Shown here piece by piece: positions 8,740 through 20,221 of a stretch of 64,000 nucleotides of DNA. Location of the stretch: assembly GCA_041660565.1 (NCBI GenBank), contig JBAZWC010000001.1:302481-366480 (forward strand). The letters are read 5' to 3'. This stretch comes from Patescibacteria group bacterium. Lineage in GTDB: Bacteria > Patescibacteriota > UBA1384 > CAJBMM01. How positions within the stretch are numbered: the stretch's first letter is position 1; every line of letters begins with the position of its first letter. Under the pieces are notes generated by a model that saw only the letters and a list, made by a program, of their open reading frames with translations, made no database searches and had not been told where the DNA came from. Made by a program: the position numbers and the translations under genes.

Positions 8740-9201
8740 CTAATTGCTCACAAAATCTGATAAATGGTCAGAAATAGTCAGCGTAATATGCGACAAAACA
8801 TGGTCATGATCAGTGGGGTTTGATTCAGACACCAAATACGCTAATTCGTATAGATCGGCTGCACTTATGATTAGCCACTTGTCATTGTTGGCCAAAAACA
8901 CTAGCAATGCCATCACAGCAATTCTTTTGTTACCGTTTTGGAACGGATGGTTTTTGATTAGTGAATAAAACAAAATCGATGCTTGATCCACTAGATTTGG
9001 ATACAACAGCTTACCACCGAATGATTGTGACGGTTGTCCGAGCGCGGATTCTAACAATGAAACGTCCCGAGTTGAATAATCGGGAATCGGTTGATTGAAA
9101 GTCATTAGATCTCTAGCGAGATTAAAACACAAGTATTCGAAATCTTGCGAGTTTATCCAAGCCGTTTCAGACGGCGGCGAGTTTTTTGAATGTTGATTCA
9201 T
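8740..9201 (-). CDS. Death-on-curing (Doc/Fic) toxin
   Basis: HPFQNGNKRIA; LLESALGQP..FGG.LYP. Confidence 0.9.
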   Translation of the reverse strand: MNQHSKNSPPSETAWINSQDFEYLCFNLARDLMTFNQPIPDYSTRDVSLLESALGQPSQSFGGKLLYPNLVDQASILFYSLIKNHPFQNGNKRIAVMALLVFLANNDKWLIISAADLYELAYLVSESNPTDHDHVLSHITLTISDHLSDFVSN

Positions 9202-9307
9202 ACTCTTTTAGACCACGCTTAACCGCTCGATCAATAGTTTTGGCCTTTTTAGGGTTAACTTTTTGATAAGCTTTGACGTCAATGCTTGAAAAAACAACTT
9301 TGTTCAT
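9167..9307 (-). CDS. 46-aa putative Doc antitoxin (absent from the ORF track)
   Basis: MNKVVFSSID...AVKRGLKEYESTFKKLAAV; overlaps the doc 5' end. Confidence 0.65.
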   Translation of the reverse strand: MNKVVFSSIDVKAYQKVNPKKAKTIDRAVKRGLKEYESTFKKLAAV

Positions 9308-9417
9308 AATAGATATATTCTAATGCAATTAACGATCGGTGTCAAACTGACAGGGGATAGAAAATTGATGATGGAGGATAGATTGATCTCGTTCGAGCGA
9401 ATGCGAGAACTATCCGC

Positions 9418-9491
9418 TGTCATTCCGGGCTCGACCCGGAATCTATGTAATTCTTTTATAGACTGGATTCCCGCCTTCGCGGGAATGACAT
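9418..9491. repeat. GTCATT REP-like doublet
   Basis: tgtcattccgggctcgacccggaatcta...ctggattcccgccttcgcgggaatgaca. Confidence 0.85.
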
Positions 9492-9562
9492 TGTAAAAAC
9501 CCCTAATCAGCTAATAACCCTCCGGGCGTAGCCCTACGGGCGGAGCCTAATAACCTAATAAC

Positions 9563-11308
9563 CTACAGCGTCCGTGTATGGACCTCGGTTACAAAGCTAA
9601 TTAGTTCGTCTTTGAGCTCAATTTTAAGATCGCCAGGTATCTGCACGCCCGCCTCTTGCCCACTTAACATCTCTTTAACTTCTTCTTTACCCCGGCGTAG
9701 TCCTAACACTTTACCTTCACCAATTTGCTCTTTTTTACGCATCACTCTAAATTGCTCACCCATTTTAAGAATGCCATCTTCTACCAATACCCCAATTACT
9801 TGAGATTTGGTGTTTCCCTTAAATACGGCGATTACTTTGCAATGCGCGTGATCTATCACCACTTCTTCTGGCGGTAGCAATTTGCTTAAAGCGGTTTTGG
9901 CATCTTCAACTAAATCGTAAATGACATCGTATGAAGAAATGTTAACTTTTTCTTTGTCGGCTAATTGACGCATTGAGGCCGAAACCGGCACTCTAAACGC
10001 CACCACAATCGATTTGGAAGCACGGCTTTTGGTGATGTCTGATTCAGAGACCGGCCCAACACCTAAGCCAACCAGATTTATTTTGACTTCACTGTTTCCT
10101 AGATCTTCTAGCACCGTTTTTACCGCTTCTAGCGAGCCCTGCACATCTGCTTTGACCAAAATTGGCAGCTCTTTGCTCTCCATTTGCTCTTCGGTAACAG
10201 ATTGATCTAACCCGGATTTGTTAATAGTGTGAACCCGGCCCAGGTTTATAGATGCCGCAAAACGCAATGCGTTGTCTTTAGCCTGTTTTTCGGTATCTAC
10301 CACTACCATTTGATCACCAAAGTTTGGCAACTGACGCAATCCAGAGATAACCACCGGCTGGCTGGGTAGCGCGTTATCTATTGCCTCGCCATTAAAATCT
10401 TGCAACGTTCTAATTTTGCCATAAGTTTTACCCACGGTAATGACATCGCTGTTCTTTAATTGCCCGTTTTGTACTAAAACGGTGGCCATTGGGCCTTTGC
10501 CAATCTGCATATGAGATTCAACCACCACCCCGCTGGCGCCACCTTCAAACGACGCTTGGTAGTGTTTCATTTCCGCCACCAGCAAAATCATTTCCAATAA
10601 TTGGTCAATGCCCATGTTGGTTTTAGCCGAAATTGGCACTACAACCGTTTGGCCACCCCAATCTTCTGGCACTAACTCTAACTCGGCTAATTGCTGTTTA
10701 ATGCGGTCTGGGTTTGCGCCAGGCTGATCCATTTTAGTGATGGCCACAATAATTGGCACATTGGCTAATTTGGCATGGTCTATTGCTTCGATAGTTTGCG
10801 GCTTAACGCCATCGTCTGCGGCAATTACCAAAACCACAATATCGGTAATATTGGCTCCGTGCTGGCGCATGGCGGTAAATGCGGCGTGTCCCGGTGTATC
10901 CAAAAAGGTAATTACTTTTTTGTTATGCGTTACTTGGTAGGCCGCAATATGCTGAGTAATGCCACCGGATTCGGAGGCAACTACGTTGGATTTTCTGATT
11001 GTGTCTAAAAGCGTGGTTTTGCCATGATCAACATGTCCCATAATGGTAACCACCGGAGGGCGTTCTTTTAGACTTTGCTCATCATTTATAACCGCTTCGG
11101 TGTTTAATTTTGATGCCAGTTCGGCGGTAAAACCAAATTCTTCAGAGATAATGGCCGCGGTCTCAAAATCCAAATTCTCGTTAATGGTGGCCATAATGCC
11201 GTTTTTCATTAGCATCCCAATGATTTTGGTTACCGGCACATCTAACTTATCGGCTAAATCTTTAACCGGAACAATATTGGGTAAAACTATTGGTTTTTGA
11301 TCAGACAT
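9563..11308 (-). CDS. infB: Translation initiation factor IF-2 (short form)
   Basis: [39 protein letters not shown]. Confidence 0.97.
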   Translation of the reverse strand: MSDQKPIVLPNIVPVKDLADKLDVPVTKIIGMLMKNGIMATINENLDFETAAIISEEFGFTAELASKLNTEAVINDEQSLKERPPVVTIMGHVDHGKTTLLDTIRKSNVVASESGGITQHIAAYQVTHNKKVITFLDTPGHAAFTAMRQHGANITDIVVLVIAADDGVKPQTIEAIDHAKLANVPIIVAITKMDQPGANPDRIKQQLAELELVPEDWGGQTVVVPISAKTNMGIDQLLEMILLVAEMKHYQASFEGGASGVVVESHMQIGKGPMATVLVQNGQLKNSDVITVGKTYGKIRTLQDFNGEAIDNALPSQPVVISGLRQLPNFGDQMVVVDTEKQAKDNALRFAASINLGRVHTINKSGLDQSVTEEQMESKELPILVKADVQGSLEAVKTVLEDLGNSEVKINLVGLGVGPVSESDITKSRASKSIVVAFRVPVSASMRQLADKEKVNISSYDVIYDLVEDAKTALSKLLPPEEVVIDHAHCKVIAVFKGNTKSQVIGVLVEDGILKMGEQFRVMRKKEQIGEGKVLGLRRGKEEVKEMLSGQEAGVQIPGDLKIELKDELISFVTEVHTRTL

Positions 11309-11350
11309 GGTCTCCTGAATTTAAAATTTAAAATTAAAAATTAAAAATTG

Positions 11351-14149
11351 TTATTTATTATCTTGTTGGTAATCGTGGATTTTAATTTGTGGCTTTGGTG
11401 TTTCGACTTTAATTTTGACTGCCGGCTTTGATTCTTTAATCGGCTTAACGGATTTTGTCACTAGTTTTGATTTAGTCACAGGTTTTTGCGACTTGGTAAC
11501 CGGTTTAGACTTTTTTGCCGCCGGTTTTGATTTAGCAACAGATTTTTTTGGTGCCGGTTTGGCTTTTGCCTTGGTTGGTTTTTTTGCCAAGGCTTTTTTA
11601 GTAGTAGCAGCAGATTTCTTTACCGGGTTTGATTTCTTAACCGGAGATTTGGCGGCTTTAGTTTCTATGGCATCACCGGGCTCATCGTAAATAATTGTAA
11701 CCGAAGCCACTTTGTCGTCATTTGGCAATTTCATCATCGTTACGCCCTGCGTGTCTCTACCCAATCTCTTAATCGTATTCAATTTGGTGCGCAACACTTG
11801 GCCGCGCTGACTAATCATTAATACATCGCCATTATTTGAATTTAACACATACATGCCAATAATATGGCCGGTTCTGTCGGTGCAATTTGCCGCTCGCATC
11901 CCAATACCGCCTCGCTGTTGTAGCGTAAAGTGAGACAAAGCAGTGCGTTTGCCAAAGCCATTTTCCAGCACAATTAACAAATCCGGATCTGCATTTACGG
12001 TGTTAGAGACTACGTCCATGGCCATCACGCTATCATTGGCGCGCAACTTCATTCCACGCACTCCGGCAGCTGATCGCCCCATTACTCGCACATCGGTCTC
12101 ATCAAAGTAAATGGCTTGGCCGTTACTGGAAACTTCTATCACCTTGTCCGAACCGGTAGTGGTGCGCACCCAACGTAGCTCATCTGACTTATCTAGATTG
12201 ATGGCAATTAAACCGGTTTTGCGCACATTGGCGTAGTCGGCAATTTTGGATTTTTTAACCGTGCCCTTAACTGTGGCAAACAGGAAATACTGATAAGATT
12301 TCTTTTGCTCGGCGTTCAAGGTAAGCACCGAGGTAACTTTTTCGGTGGATGAAATTTGGATGATGTTTACTAGCGCTTGACCTTTAGCTTGGCGCGAAGA
12401 CGAAGGAATTTCGTACACTTTGGTCTGAAAAATGCGCCCTTTGTTGGTAAAGAAGAGCAAATCATCGTGCGTAGAGGCAATAATCAGCCGATCAACCTGA
12501 TCTTCATCTTTGGTGGTCATGCCAATTACCCCTTTTCCACCGCGAATCTGGCTTTGATAGGTAGAGGTAGGCACGCGCTTAATGTAGTTGTCTCGGGTAA
12601 TGGAAACCACCACTTGCTCGTCTGGAATAAGGTCGGTGGCCACAAATTTGTCTAGCGCATGTGGCACGATAGTGGTTTTGCGGGGATCACCGTATTTTTC
12701 TTTAATTTCAGCTAGCTCGGCTTTAATGATGGAGCGAATTTTTTCCGGATGCGCCAATAAATCTTCTAATCTGGCAATTTCTTTCTTCACTGCTTCATAT
12801 TCATCTTCGATTTTTTGACGTTCCAATGCCGCTAGTTGCGCCAAGCGCATTTCCAAAATGGCATCGGTTTGTAATTCGGACAATTTGAATTTTGCCATCA
12901 ACTGCACTTTGGCGTCGGCACGATCTTTAGACGCGCGAATGGTGTTAATTACCTCGTCCAAATGATCTAGGGCAATCTTTAAGCCCTCTAAAATATGTAA
13001 ACGATCTTTGGCTTTGCCCAACTCAAACTCGGTGCGACGGGTTAGCACTTCGACGCGGTGGACAATAAAGAACTCGAGCATTTCTTTGAGGGTCATGGTG
13101 CGCGGCTCTAAATTCGGTGTTAGCGCCAGCATGTTCACGTGAAATGCTACTTGCATTTGGGTTAGCTCATACAGTTGGTTCAAAATCTTTTTGGGATAGC
13201 CCGAAGTCTTTAATTCAACCACAATGCGCATACCGGTGCGGTCTGATTCATCACGTAAATCTGAAATGCCCTCTATTCGCTTTTCTTTGACTAAATCGGC
13301 AATTTTGCTTACCAAAGTGGATTTGTTTACTTGATATGGAATCTGGCTGATGATAATGCGATTTTGACCACGTTTGTCTTCTTCAATTTCGGCAACAGCG
13401 CGAATGATAATGCGCCCGCGACCGGTGGAAAATGCGGTTTTAATGTCATCTAGGTTATAAATAATGCCGCCGGTAGGAAAATCTGGACCTTTTATAAACT
13501 GCATTAATTCATCAATAGTGGCGTCGCCATTATCTATGAGGTGGATAATACCATCACACAGCTCGGTTAAGTTGTGAGGTGGAATGTTGGTGGCCATACC
13601 AACCGCAATACCAACCGAACCGTTAAGTAACAACTGTGGTATTTTAGCCGGTAATACTTTTGGCTCCTGCAAACGACCATCGTAGTTTGGCACCCAATTA
13701 ACAGTATTTTTGTCAATGTCTTGTAACATTTCGGCGGTAATTTTGGCCATGCGACATTCGGTATAACGCATTGCCGCCGCGCCATCACCATCTACTGAGC
13801 CAAAGTTACCTTGACCATCTACCATGGTGTAACGCATCGAAAAATCTTGTGCCATACGCACCACAGTATCGTAAATTGCCAAATCGCCGTGCGGGTGAAA
13901 ATCTTTCATCACCTGTCCCACCACAGCGGCGGATTTCTGATATCGGGCCGAGGCGGTTAAATTGAGCTTGTGCATGGCGTAAATAACACGGCGATGCACC
14001 GGTTTCATGCCGTCGCGAACATCTGGTAAAGCGCGCGCAACAATAACCGACATGGCGTAATCTAGATAGCTTTTCTGCACCTCGTCTTCGACGTGCTGAA
14101 TTTGTATCCGGCCGATGTTTGAATTTTCAATTTCTGTTTCTTCTGGCAT
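11351..14149 (-). CDS. gyrA: DNA gyrase subunit A with Lys-rich tail
   Basis: [21 protein letters not shown], GyrA-box QIRGGKG. Confidence 0.98.
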   Translation of the reverse strand: MPEETEIENSNIGRIQIQHVEDEVQKSYLDYAMSVIVARALPDVRDGMKPVHRRVIYAMHKLNLTASARYQKSAAVVGQVMKDFHPHGDLAIYDTVVRMAQDFSMRYTMVDGQGNFGSVDGDGAAAMRYTECRMAKITAEMLQDIDKNTVNWVPNYDGRLQEPKVLPAKIPQLLLNGSVGIAVGMATNIPPHNLTELCDGIIHLIDNGDATIDELMQFIKGPDFPTGGIIYNLDDIKTAFSTGRGRIIIRAVAEIEEDKRGQNRIIISQIPYQVNKSTLVSKIADLVKEKRIEGISDLRDESDRTGMRIVVELKTSGYPKKILNQLYELTQMQVAFHVNMLALTPNLEPRTMTLKEMLEFFIVHRVEVLTRRTEFELGKAKDRLHILEGLKIALDHLDEVINTIRASKDRADAKVQLMAKFKLSELQTDAILEMRLAQLAALERQKIEDEYEAVKKEIARLEDLLAHPEKIRSIIKAELAEIKEKYGDPRKTTIVPHALDKFVATDLIPDEQVVVSITRDNYIKRVPTSTYQSQIRGGKGVIGMTTKDEDQVDRLIIASTHDDLLFFTNKGRIFQTKVYEIPSSSRQAKGQALVNIIQISSTEKVTSVLTLNAEQKKSYQYFLFATVKGTVKKSKIADYANVRKTGLIAINLDKSDELRWVRTTTGSDKVIEVSSNGQAIYFDETDVRVMGRSAAGVRGMKLRANDSVMAMDVVSNTVNADPDLLIVLENGFGKRTALSHFTLQQRGGIGMRAANCTDRTGHIIGMYVLNSNNGDVLMISQRGQVLRTKLNTIKRLGRDTQGVTMMKLPNDDKVASVTIIYDEPGDAIETKAAKSPVKKSNPVKKSAATTKKALAKKPTKAKAKPAPKKSVAKSKPAAKKSKPVTKSQKPVTKSKLVTKSVKPIKESKPAVKIKVETPKPQIKIHDYQQDNK

Positions 14150-14159
14150 TTCGTTTTCC

Positions 14160-16139
14160 TTATACGTCTAGGGTAGCTGAGTGGGCGTGGGTTTGGATAA
14201 ATCGCTTGCGCGGCGGTACTTCATCACCCATTAACATACTAAACAGCTCGTCGGCCTTCATGGCGTCAAATACACTTACTTGTAACAGAATACGGTTGGC
14301 GGGATCCATGGTGGTGTCCCATAGTTGCTCGGCGTTCATTTCACCCAAACCTTTGTAGCGCTGTACGATGTATCTGGATGATTTGACTACCGGCGTTTCC
14401 GCTTCTTCGCTTAAATCATCTTCCGGCACTACTGAATCGTCTTTAATGTTTAGCTTTTTGAACAGCGCCGCTTTTTCCTCGTCGTTATAGGCGTAATGTT
14501 TGTCTTTGCCTTTGGTTACAGCGTAAAGTGGCGGCTGAGCGATATAAACGTAGCCAGCATCAATAATTTCGCGAAAATATCGGAAGAAGAAAGTTAGGAG
14601 AAGCGTGCGGATGTGAGCTCCATCTACATCGGCATCTGTCATGATGACAATACGATGATAGCGCACCTTATTGATATCAAACATATCGCCAATGCCGGCC
14701 CCAATGGCCACAATTAACGCCTTGATTTCATCTGATGCTAACATGCGGTCTAATCTGGCACGCTCGACGTTTAGAATTTTTCCTTTAAGTGGCAAAATGG
14801 CTTGAAAACGACGGTCTCGTCCCATTTTGGCCGAACCACCAGCCGAGTCTCCCTCAACAATAAATATTTCTGATTTGGCGGCTGATTTTTCGGAACAGTC
14901 AGCCAATTTACCCGGCAAGGTCATGCCTTCTAGCGCGCCTTTACGAATAACGGTGTCGCGTGCCGCTCTTGCCGCCAAACGCGCCCGTGCCGACAAGGAA
15001 CATTTTTCGATAATACCCTTGGCTTCGTTTGGATGTTCTTCCATATAATAACCAAGCAGTTCAGTAGTGATGTTTTCTACCACCGCCCGAACATCGGCAT
15101 TACCCAATTTGGATTTGGTCTGGCCTTCAAATTGCGGCTCTGGTAATTTTACTGATACAACGGCCACCAAGCCCTCGCGCACATCTTCACCGGTCAACGC
15201 GCCATCTGCATCTTTTAATAAACCACTTTTCTTGGCGTAATCGTTAATTACCCGAGTTAACGCCGACCGAAAACCGGTTAAGTGTGTGCCACCCTCTACG
15301 GTGTGAATGTTGTTGGCAAAGGTGTAAACGTGCTCATTAAAATCATCGCTATAAGTCAGCGCCACCTCTACCATCAAATTGCCGGACTCTTTTTCACCAT
15401 AAAACGGCGGATCAATAATTGACTGCTTGTTTTGGTTCAAATGACGCACGTAACTGGCAATTCCACCTTCAAAATAAAACGAATACGTCTGCACTTCTTC
15501 GGTGCGCTGATCTCGAATGTTTAGTTTGATGCCTTTGGTTAGATACGCTTGCTGGCGTAAGTGATTTACAATAGTTGTCCAGTCAAACTCAATAACTTCA
15601 AAAATTTCGGCATCTGGCTTAAAGGTGATGGTAGTACCGGTGCCGGTTGAGGTACCGGACGCCGCGACATCGGCTACCGGTTTGCCACGATGATATTCTT
15701 GAGCGTAGATTTTGCCATCCCGAAATACTTCGGCTTTGACCCATTCGGACAAAGCATTAACTACGCTTACACCAACGCCGTGCAATCCACCTGAAACTTT
15801 ATATCCGCCATCACCAAATTTACCACCGGCGTGCAGAGTGGTTAAAACGGTTTCCAGCGCCGATTTGTGAGTGGTTGGATGAATATCTACCGGAATACCG
15901 CGCCCGTTATCTGCTACCGAGACGCTGTTATCGGGATTCATAATGATATCAATTTGATCGCAGAACCCGGCCATCGCTTCGTCGATGGAGTTATCTACCA
16001 CTTCCCAAATTAGGTGATGCAAGCCTTCAATGCCGGTGCCACCAATGTACATACCCGGACGTTTGCGTACAGGGTCTAAACCCTCTAAAACGGTAATGTT
16101 TTTGGCGTCATAGGTATGACCGGTCGCTTCGTTACTCAT
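14160..16139 (-). CDS. gyrB: DNA gyrase subunit B
   Basis: RKRPGMYIG, EVVDNSIDE, VEGDSAGG, MTDADVDG, YKGLGEM. Confidence 0.98.
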   Translation of the reverse strand: MSNEATGHTYDAKNITVLEGLDPVRKRPGMYIGGTGIEGLHHLIWEVVDNSIDEAMAGFCDQIDIIMNPDNSVSVADNGRGIPVDIHPTTHKSALETVLTTLHAGGKFGDGGYKVSGGLHGVGVSVVNALSEWVKAEVFRDGKIYAQEYHRGKPVADVAASGTSTGTGTTITFKPDAEIFEVIEFDWTTIVNHLRQQAYLTKGIKLNIRDQRTEEVQTYSFYFEGGIASYVRHLNQNKQSIIDPPFYGEKESGNLMVEVALTYSDDFNEHVYTFANNIHTVEGGTHLTGFRSALTRVINDYAKKSGLLKDADGALTGEDVREGLVAVVSVKLPEPQFEGQTKSKLGNADVRAVVENITTELLGYYMEEHPNEAKGIIEKCSLSARARLAARAARDTVIRKGALEGMTLPGKLADCSEKSAAKSEIFIVEGDSAGGSAKMGRDRRFQAILPLKGKILNVERARLDRMLASDEIKALIVAIGAGIGDMFDINKVRYHRIVIMTDADVDGAHIRTLLLTFFFRYFREIIDAGYVYIAQPPLYAVTKGKDKHYAYNDEEKAALFKKLNIKDDSVVPEDDLSEEAETPVVKSSRYIVQRYKGLGEMNAEQLWDTTMDPANRILLQVSVFDAMKADELFSMLMGDEVPPRKRFIQTHAHSATLDV

Positions 16140-16209
16140 CAAGTCCTTTTATGTGTTTACTAATTCATTTTACACTAGATTAGAGCCAAATTCAACTTAA
16201 ACATCTCTT

Positions 16210-16238
16210 GTCATTCCGGGCTCGACCCGGAATCTATA
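16210..16238. repeat. GTCATT REP half
   Basis: Identical to the left half of the 9418 element. Confidence 0.8.
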
Positions 16239-16291
16239 TAAATGAATCACCCGCGCCGGCCATAAGGCTAGCGCGGGTAACTTGACAGTGA

Positions 16292-16579
16292 TCACGCGAC
16301 GATTTCGCGCTCGAGGACCTGCATTCCGTTGACGCGTCTACAGGGGTTGCACTTCAAGGCAAAGATCAACCCGCACGACGTACACTGGATTGGCCAGACA
16401 TGCCCACCATATCGAACGGCGTCTCGGGCATCGATCGTGAAGTCACCATGCTCGCAGCAGTAACCATCAGTGGACGAGTCAAGAATAATACGCTTGTCCT
16501 TCACGCCAGACTGGTGCACAACGATCTCTCTCAAAGCCATCACCCCCTTCAATGCGAAGAGTAAGTCTCTCTTGTTCAC
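16292..16579 (-). CDS. Cys-rich orphan protein
   Basis: CCEH, CTSC, CNPC; hairpin 16248-16279 downstream. Confidence 0.55.
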   Translation of the reverse strand: MNKRDLLFALKGVMALREIVVHQSGVKDKRIILDSSTDGYCCEHGDFTIDARDAVRYGGHVWPIQCTSCGLIFALKCNPCRRVNGMQVLEREIVA

Positions 16580-16599
16580 TACGAACAGCTTTTGGCTAA

Positions 16600-16812
16600 C
16601 TAGGCGCTGGTGGACATCGCAGAGGTCGAATTCGGCTCAGCGTCCCGCCGGCTTCTGCCGCACTTCTTGCAATACGCGGCCGGGGTGAAGTGATTGGTGC
16701 CGTCGAACCGACACGTCCACGAGGTGGCGTCAACAAAAACGCCTGACCGCCTCGCAACAGAGGTTTCGACCAACCTAGCCGACTCGATTCCAACAAGGTA
16801 TGGTGTGCCCAA
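16600..16812 (-). CDS. Small zinc-ribbon-like orphan
   Basis: WTCRFD..N....YCKKCG; AGGAG SD; TGTTATAAT upstream. Confidence 0.55.
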   Translation of the reverse strand: MGTPYLVGIESARLVETSVARRSGVFVDATSWTCRFDGTNHFTPAAYCKKCGRSRRDAEPNSTSAMSTSA

Positions 16813-16903
16813 TCCCGTACTCCTGGAGATTTGATAGCGATATTATAACAGATTATTTGATTTATTAAAAGGGCAACCCTGCAAATCTATCTGACTTACA
16901 GGG

Positions 16904-17098
16904 CTAAACGACATCCAGGTTGTCCCAATCTACAAAGCGCACCATAGCGCTTCTAAGCACAAAGCCACACCAACCGCACCGAATCTTGCTCCCTCCTCGT
17001 TTCTTGCGGACATGACCGCAATGGCAACATACGTGCTGCAAATCTTCTGGTTGGATGAAATCCTCAACCAGAACGACGTCAACGCACAGTTCGTCCAT
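16904..17098 (-). CDS. Small C4 zinc-ribbon orphan
   Basis: CCHCG...IRCGWCG; GGAGG SD before ATG 17098. Confidence 0.6.
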   Translation of the reverse strand: MDELCVDVVLVEDFIQPEDLQHVCCHCGHVRKKRGGSKIRCGWCGFVLRSAMVRFVDWDNLDVV

Positions 17099-17119
17099 AA
17101 TCCGACCTCCAATAGGCGT

Positions 17120-17276
17120 TGTCATTTCGACCCTGCGAGCGTTGTCGAGCTGTTGGCTTCCTGCCCTCTTAGGGCGTAAGCCCGGAGGGAGAAATCTCAA
17201 AATGAATTTTGAAGAGATTCTTTCTCAGATTTCTCCACCGTGGTCGAGTTGCGACTCTCCCCGAGTCGAAATGACA
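17120..17276. repeat. GTCATTTCG...CGAAATGAC palindromic element (also 22372-22496, 24028-24150; halves at 36174-36237 and 40847-40908)
   Basis: Terminal inverted tgtcatttcgac, internal ggagaaatct/agatttctcc. Confidence 0.85.
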
Positions 17277-17285
17277 GTTTTTACA

Positions 17286-19439
17286 CTATTTTAGCACCAT
17301 CGCCGTTTGCCAATTGGTTTTGGTGTAAAGTTCAAAGTTAGTCTGAATGTTTTGGAAAGTTAGACCATTAGCATTTACCAAATTCAGTTTTAATTTATCG
17401 CCAATGGTACCGGGCTGTTTTACATAGCTGAACTGCGCCGTATTTACTCCATTTTTATCTTTCACTATCGGCATTTCGTATTCAAATTTGGTTACAGTGG
17501 TGGCTTTGACCGCCGTGGTTACCCACAAGCCAAACGTCTGATAATTATCAAATTTCTGGGTGGTCGTGCCCTCGTTCGGCGCCACTCCTTCAACCCCGTT
17601 TGTTTCACTCTTAACAAGCGTAGCGTTATCCGGCACCACTAACCGCAAATAGTTGTGATTATCGGTATCGGGCCACACGCCATTGCCGGTGTGGGTTCGA
17701 GTGATTTCAACTGAGTGCAAAATAGTATTGTGGCTGGTTGGTTTAATGGTTACCGCCACGGTCTGATTAATATTAAGACTACTCTTTAACCCGCCTAAAT
17801 TGGCGTTATTTACCATCAGAAAATCATCATTTTTTGGCAGTGGATTTATGAGCGATAATTGAGCTTTTGTATCTTTATTAGTGATAAAAAGAGGATCAAA
17901 TAACAAATGTTTCTCCATTGCCGCATCGTAAAATACTTGGGCAATTTTACCCGGATCAGTAGACATTTGTTTAAACATGGATTGCAGCAAAATTGGCACC
18001 ATATCTGCTAATATCGATTTTGGCTCGTTGGCCTGTTTGTTGGCGCTATTTTGCCAGTAGTCTTTTTCCACCGCTTGCGTGGTTACCGCGTTAAAGTTGT
18101 CTTTGTTCACCGTAATGTTATCTTTTGGAATAGTAACCGAACCCACCACGTCTAGCATTGACGAAATTAAGCTAGTGTCTATGGCCAGCACGCCATCAAC
18201 ATTAATGCCGGTTTCTTGGTTGTAAAACCACGCCACTTGCTTGGCAGCGGTGTCAAAATCTACCGACCAGTTGGAATCACGCATCAACCAGTCTTTAGTC
18301 ATCAATCCAATTTGCGCCGGCGGATCGATGTGATACATTTTGGCATAAGTGTTATCTAATTTGTAAATGTTGGTTTCGACCGCAAAACTGTTGATATTGC
18401 CGTTTTTGATCGACATAGTGGCAAAAGAGCCCAAAAATCCGCCGCTCGGACGCAATTCGGAGTTGTTTTGAAATAGCACCAGATATTTTTTAGTATTATC
18501 TTTGCCCAACAGCAACGGCAGTTCGGTTAGTAAGTTATTTAATGATTTGGCTTGATGCAACAACGTTGGCAGCTGTTCTACCAACTGTAAACGCGTTTTT
18601 TCCAGTGTTGGTTCAGTGGATGGAGTTTTGGCATACAAATCTACCTGAGACTGAGCATCGGTTAGCAACTCGACAATTTTTTGCGATTGCTGAATATTGT
18701 TATTATTTGACTCCATTATGCCACTTAACACCACACTAACTTTAGACATTGGATTACTTTCGGTACTGGCATTAGTTTCATTATTGATCTTGGCCGCGTT
18801 ACTGATGTTTTCGGCTATCGTCATCAAAATTGACCCGGACCGTGTAATATCGGTCGCCGCAACCAGTAACCCCGAGGCAGTGTAAATTTGATCATGCTGA
18901 GCGAATAATGAGGTAATTTCTGAGCCCTGGCCGGCTTCAAATATCACCAATTTTGCTTGCTCAAATTGACTGGTGGCACGATCAAAATGCACTCCAGCTT
19001 CTTTGAATTGTTGCTGTTTTACCAACTCTTCGGCTAATTTTAGCTCGGCAATGCCAGATTTAGCTCTGTCTGAAATGTTGGCCTGAGCGCTGCCAACCAA
19101 AGCCGAAACCGGCAAAATGTTCATAAATAAGATAGATAGCGCAACCAAAAATGACGTAAATGCGTATATTTTACGAGTGGCAATTTGACGTTTTTTGCTT
19201 TTTAATCGAGTTGAATGCCTGGCGATGTTTTCCGGATAACCCCTGAATTTAACCAATGATGGTTGTTTTTCGTTGTACCACTCTAACCGATCTTGAGAAT
19301 GGTCTGGAGCAGCGTTTTTAACCGACAATACATCGTGACGTTGGCTAGCGGCAAAAACGCGATGCACCGGAATCTCCACGGGGGCAGCTACCACCGTGCG
19401 ACGTATCGGTTTAATATCACTTAGACGCTTCCCCTCCAT
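17286..19439 (-). CDS. DUF4012 domain membrane protein
   Basis: YLVLFQNNSELRPSGGF, RDSNWS.DF, VDGVLAID, KQPG. Confidence 0.85.
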   Translation of the reverse strand: MEGKRLSDIKPIRRTVVAAPVEIPVHRVFAASQRHDVLSVKNAAPDHSQDRLEWYNEKQPSLVKFRGYPENIARHSTRLKSKKRQIATRKIYAFTSFLVALSILFMNILPVSALVGSAQANISDRAKSGIAELKLAEELVKQQQFKEAGVHFDRATSQFEQAKLVIFEAGQGSEITSLFAQHDQIYTASGLLVAATDITRSGSILMTIAENISNAAKINNETNASTESNPMSKVSVVLSGIMESNNNNIQQSQKIVELLTDAQSQVDLYAKTPSTEPTLEKTRLQLVEQLPTLLHQAKSLNNLLTELPLLLGKDNTKKYLVLFQNNSELRPSGGFLGSFATMSIKNGNINSFAVETNIYKLDNTYAKMYHIDPPAQIGLMTKDWLMRDSNWSVDFDTAAKQVAWFYNQETGINVDGVLAIDTSLISSMLDVVGSVTIPKDNITVNKDNFNAVTTQAVEKDYWQNSANKQANEPKSILADMVPILLQSMFKQMSTDPGKIAQVFYDAAMEKHLLFDPLFITNKDTKAQLSLINPLPKNDDFLMVNNANLGGLKSSLNINQTVAVTIKPTSHNTILHSVEITRTHTGNGVWPDTDNHNYLRLVVPDNATLVKSETNGVEGVAPNEGTTTQKFDNYQTFGLWVTTAVKATTVTKFEYEMPIVKDKNGVNTAQFSYVKQPGTIGDKLKLNLVNANGLTFQNIQTNFELYTKTNWQTAMVLK

Positions 19440-19484
19440 TAGTGCCTATCCTTTTACCCAATTGGTCAAATTAGTTAAATGGGA

Positions 19485-20111
19485 TTAATTGGAATCTTTT
19501 TTAAGATAAGTACCCAGCATTGCCAGGAAGGTGGTTAAAACCAATCCAATCACAACCGCTAAGGTAATATCTAGTGCCCAAAACGGCTGCACTTTAACAC
19601 TCACCGGGCCGGAAGCACGTAAAACATACTTTTCGTCAGTTTTGGCGGCATTAGTCTCGTCGGTTAAGCCTTGCAAAACCGTGTTGGCAGAGTTGAGCAA
19701 CTTTTCGGATTGAACCGAATCGGTTGATCGCAGGGTGATGTCCACAGTGGCTGGCTGAAACTGTTTAACCGTAAATAATTTGCCTAATTGAGTTGATGAG
19801 CGTAAATCTGGCAAATCAACATCGGCGTTGGCATAAATACTCTTAACAACGCTTGGTGAAATCATCCAGTTACCAACAGTTTGTGCAAACAAACCACCAG
19901 CTTGCTGAGCGTAATATCCATCATACAGATAGTATGGGGTGGTTTTTTGATCAATGATTGAAACACGGTCAATGGTTAGAGTTAACGAGGTGTCGTATCT
20001 GGTTTTTCCGGTAGCAATGAATAGCGCGGTTATAAGCACCACAAGCAGTGTACCAAAGATGATTAATTTCTTGGCGCGACCAAATATTTTGATGTAATCT
20101 ATTAGTTCCAT
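19485..20111 (-). CDS. Wzz/YveK-like polysaccharide chain-length determinant
   Basis: MELIDYIKIF start, two terminal TM helices, EPS context. Confidence 0.7.
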   Translation of the reverse strand: MELIDYIKIFGRAKKLIIFGTLLVVLITALFIATGKTRYDTSLTLTIDRVSIIDQKTTPYYLYDGYYAQQAGGLFAQTVGNWMISPSVVKSIYANADVDLPDLRSSTQLGKLFTVKQFQPATVDITLRSTDSVQSEKLLNSANTVLQGLTDETNAAKTDEKYVLRASGPVSVKVQPFWALDITLAVVIGLVLTTFLAMLGTYLKKDSN

Positions 20112-20173
20112 TTTTATCCTTTCGTAAGTTAAATACTCTATTTCATTTATACCATCATCGCGCCACAATAGCA

Positions 20174-20210
20174 AAAGGAAACCGCCCGGGTGGCGAACCA
20201 CCAAGGCGGA
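20174..20210 (-). terminator. 37-bp terminator identical to 20619-20655
   Basis: aaaggaaaccgcccgggtggcgaaccaccaaggcgga. Confidence 0.85.
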
Positions 20211-20221
20211 CAGGCACCGGT

